From positions 1,024,001 to 1,088,000 of the forward strand of contig JBBCJC010000005.1 in assembly GCA_037189525.1 (NCBI GenBank): a stretch of 64,000 bases of DNA, written 5' to 3'. How positions within the stretch are numbered: the first letter of the stretch is position 1; the number at the start of each line of letters is the position of its first letter. The notes under the pieces are model-generated. The model did not search any database. It saw only the letters and a program-made list of their open reading frames with translations, and was not told the DNA's origin. Of this stretch, positions 63,391 through 64,000 are shown one piece after another. The DNA comes from Gemmatimonadales bacterium (GTDB taxonomy: Bacteria > Gemmatimonadota > Gemmatimonadetes > Gemmatimonadales > GWC2-71-9). A program made the translations under genes and the position numbers.

Positions 63391-63963
63391 TTAATTCTTT
63401 GAGATTGTTGAGGTTAGCAGCATTGCAATGGTTTGGTCATCGGCCCCGGTGGCCAGTTGCCGGCCCACCTGCTCCACCGCCCGGCCCGGCTCGGTACCGC
63501 GCGCGGTGAGGCGAGCCATGACGTCGAGCGGAATCATCAGCGATCGCGCCGGTGAGACGGCGCGCACCAGGAACGAGAGCTGCGCCGGGGTGCCGCCCTG
63601 TTCGAGGACCAACGCTGCCAGAACGATCTCGCGCTGATCAGCTAGGCGGCCGGCCTCCCGAAACTCCCGGCTCACCAGCTCGAGCCGGGTCATCGCCGCC
63701 TCCGCAGCGGCCACGAGCTGCGGAGCGGGAACCCGCCGCGCCTGACCGGCTTCGACCCGATCGACGATCGGCTGCGTGGGGAGACCTGCAACACGGGCCT
63801 CGTGCAACAATGCTTCGATCCGAGCCCGCGCATCAGGCCCCAGCCGGCCGAGCACTTGTACTTCCCGATTGGCCTCGGCTTCAGTCAGCAGAGGATCACC
63901 CTGAGCCAAGCCAAGATCCGAGCCTCCCAGGACGACCAGAATAGCGAGGGCGACGCTGCGCAT
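63391..63963 (-). CDS. Hypothetical exported protein, paralog of 23219-23821
   Basis: ARVAGLPTQPIVDRVEAGQARR versus ARRIGLPTEPLIQKALEGQTKG; GAGGAGG RBS. Confidence 0.65.
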   Translation of the reverse strand: MRSVALAILVVLGGSDLGLAQGDPLLTEAEANREVQVLGRLGPDARARIEALLHEARVAGLPTQPIVDRVEAGQARRVPAPQLVAAAEAAMTRLELVSREFREAGRLADQREIVLAALVLEQGGTPAQLSFLVRAVSPARSLMIPLDVMARLTARGTEPGRAVEQVGRQLATGADDQTIAMLLTSTISKN

Positions 63964-64000
63964 GTTTCCTCCTCACTTCGGGCGTATCGCGCGTCATGCA

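Overview
High-GC bacterial chromosomal window; gene content and style suggest Gemmatimonadota (inference). It contains housekeeping genes (dnaK, tRNA-Leu(TAG)-tig-clpP...clpX-engB, maf, dtd, degP), a vapBC toxin-antitoxin pair, and two convergent branched-chain amino acid operons (leuACDB and ilvDBNC). It also has an ECF sigma/CBM48 anti-sigma cassette, an ~8.7 kb insertion between clpP and clpX (Rhs toxin + immunity, MFS, OxyR-like), a TonB receptor/lipoprotein locus with Pho-box-like repeats, an orphan NRPS, a GspE-REC fusion, an FHA-GAF adenylate cyclase and a MarR-nitroreductase-YceI unit. The most notable signal is in the BCAA block. Both operons start with an unannotated Leu/Ile/Val-rich leader peptide plus attenuator hairpins, and both are preceded by the same 29-bp ECF-type promoter (TGGGGGTWGC...CCGGTTCGATCGTCTA). 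An ECF sigma factor with no adjacent anti-sigma is the last, translationally coupled gene of the leu operon. This suggests an attenuation-gated, sigma-driven positive-feedback regulon for BCAA biosynthesis (inference). All calls were made by eye; no database searches were run.
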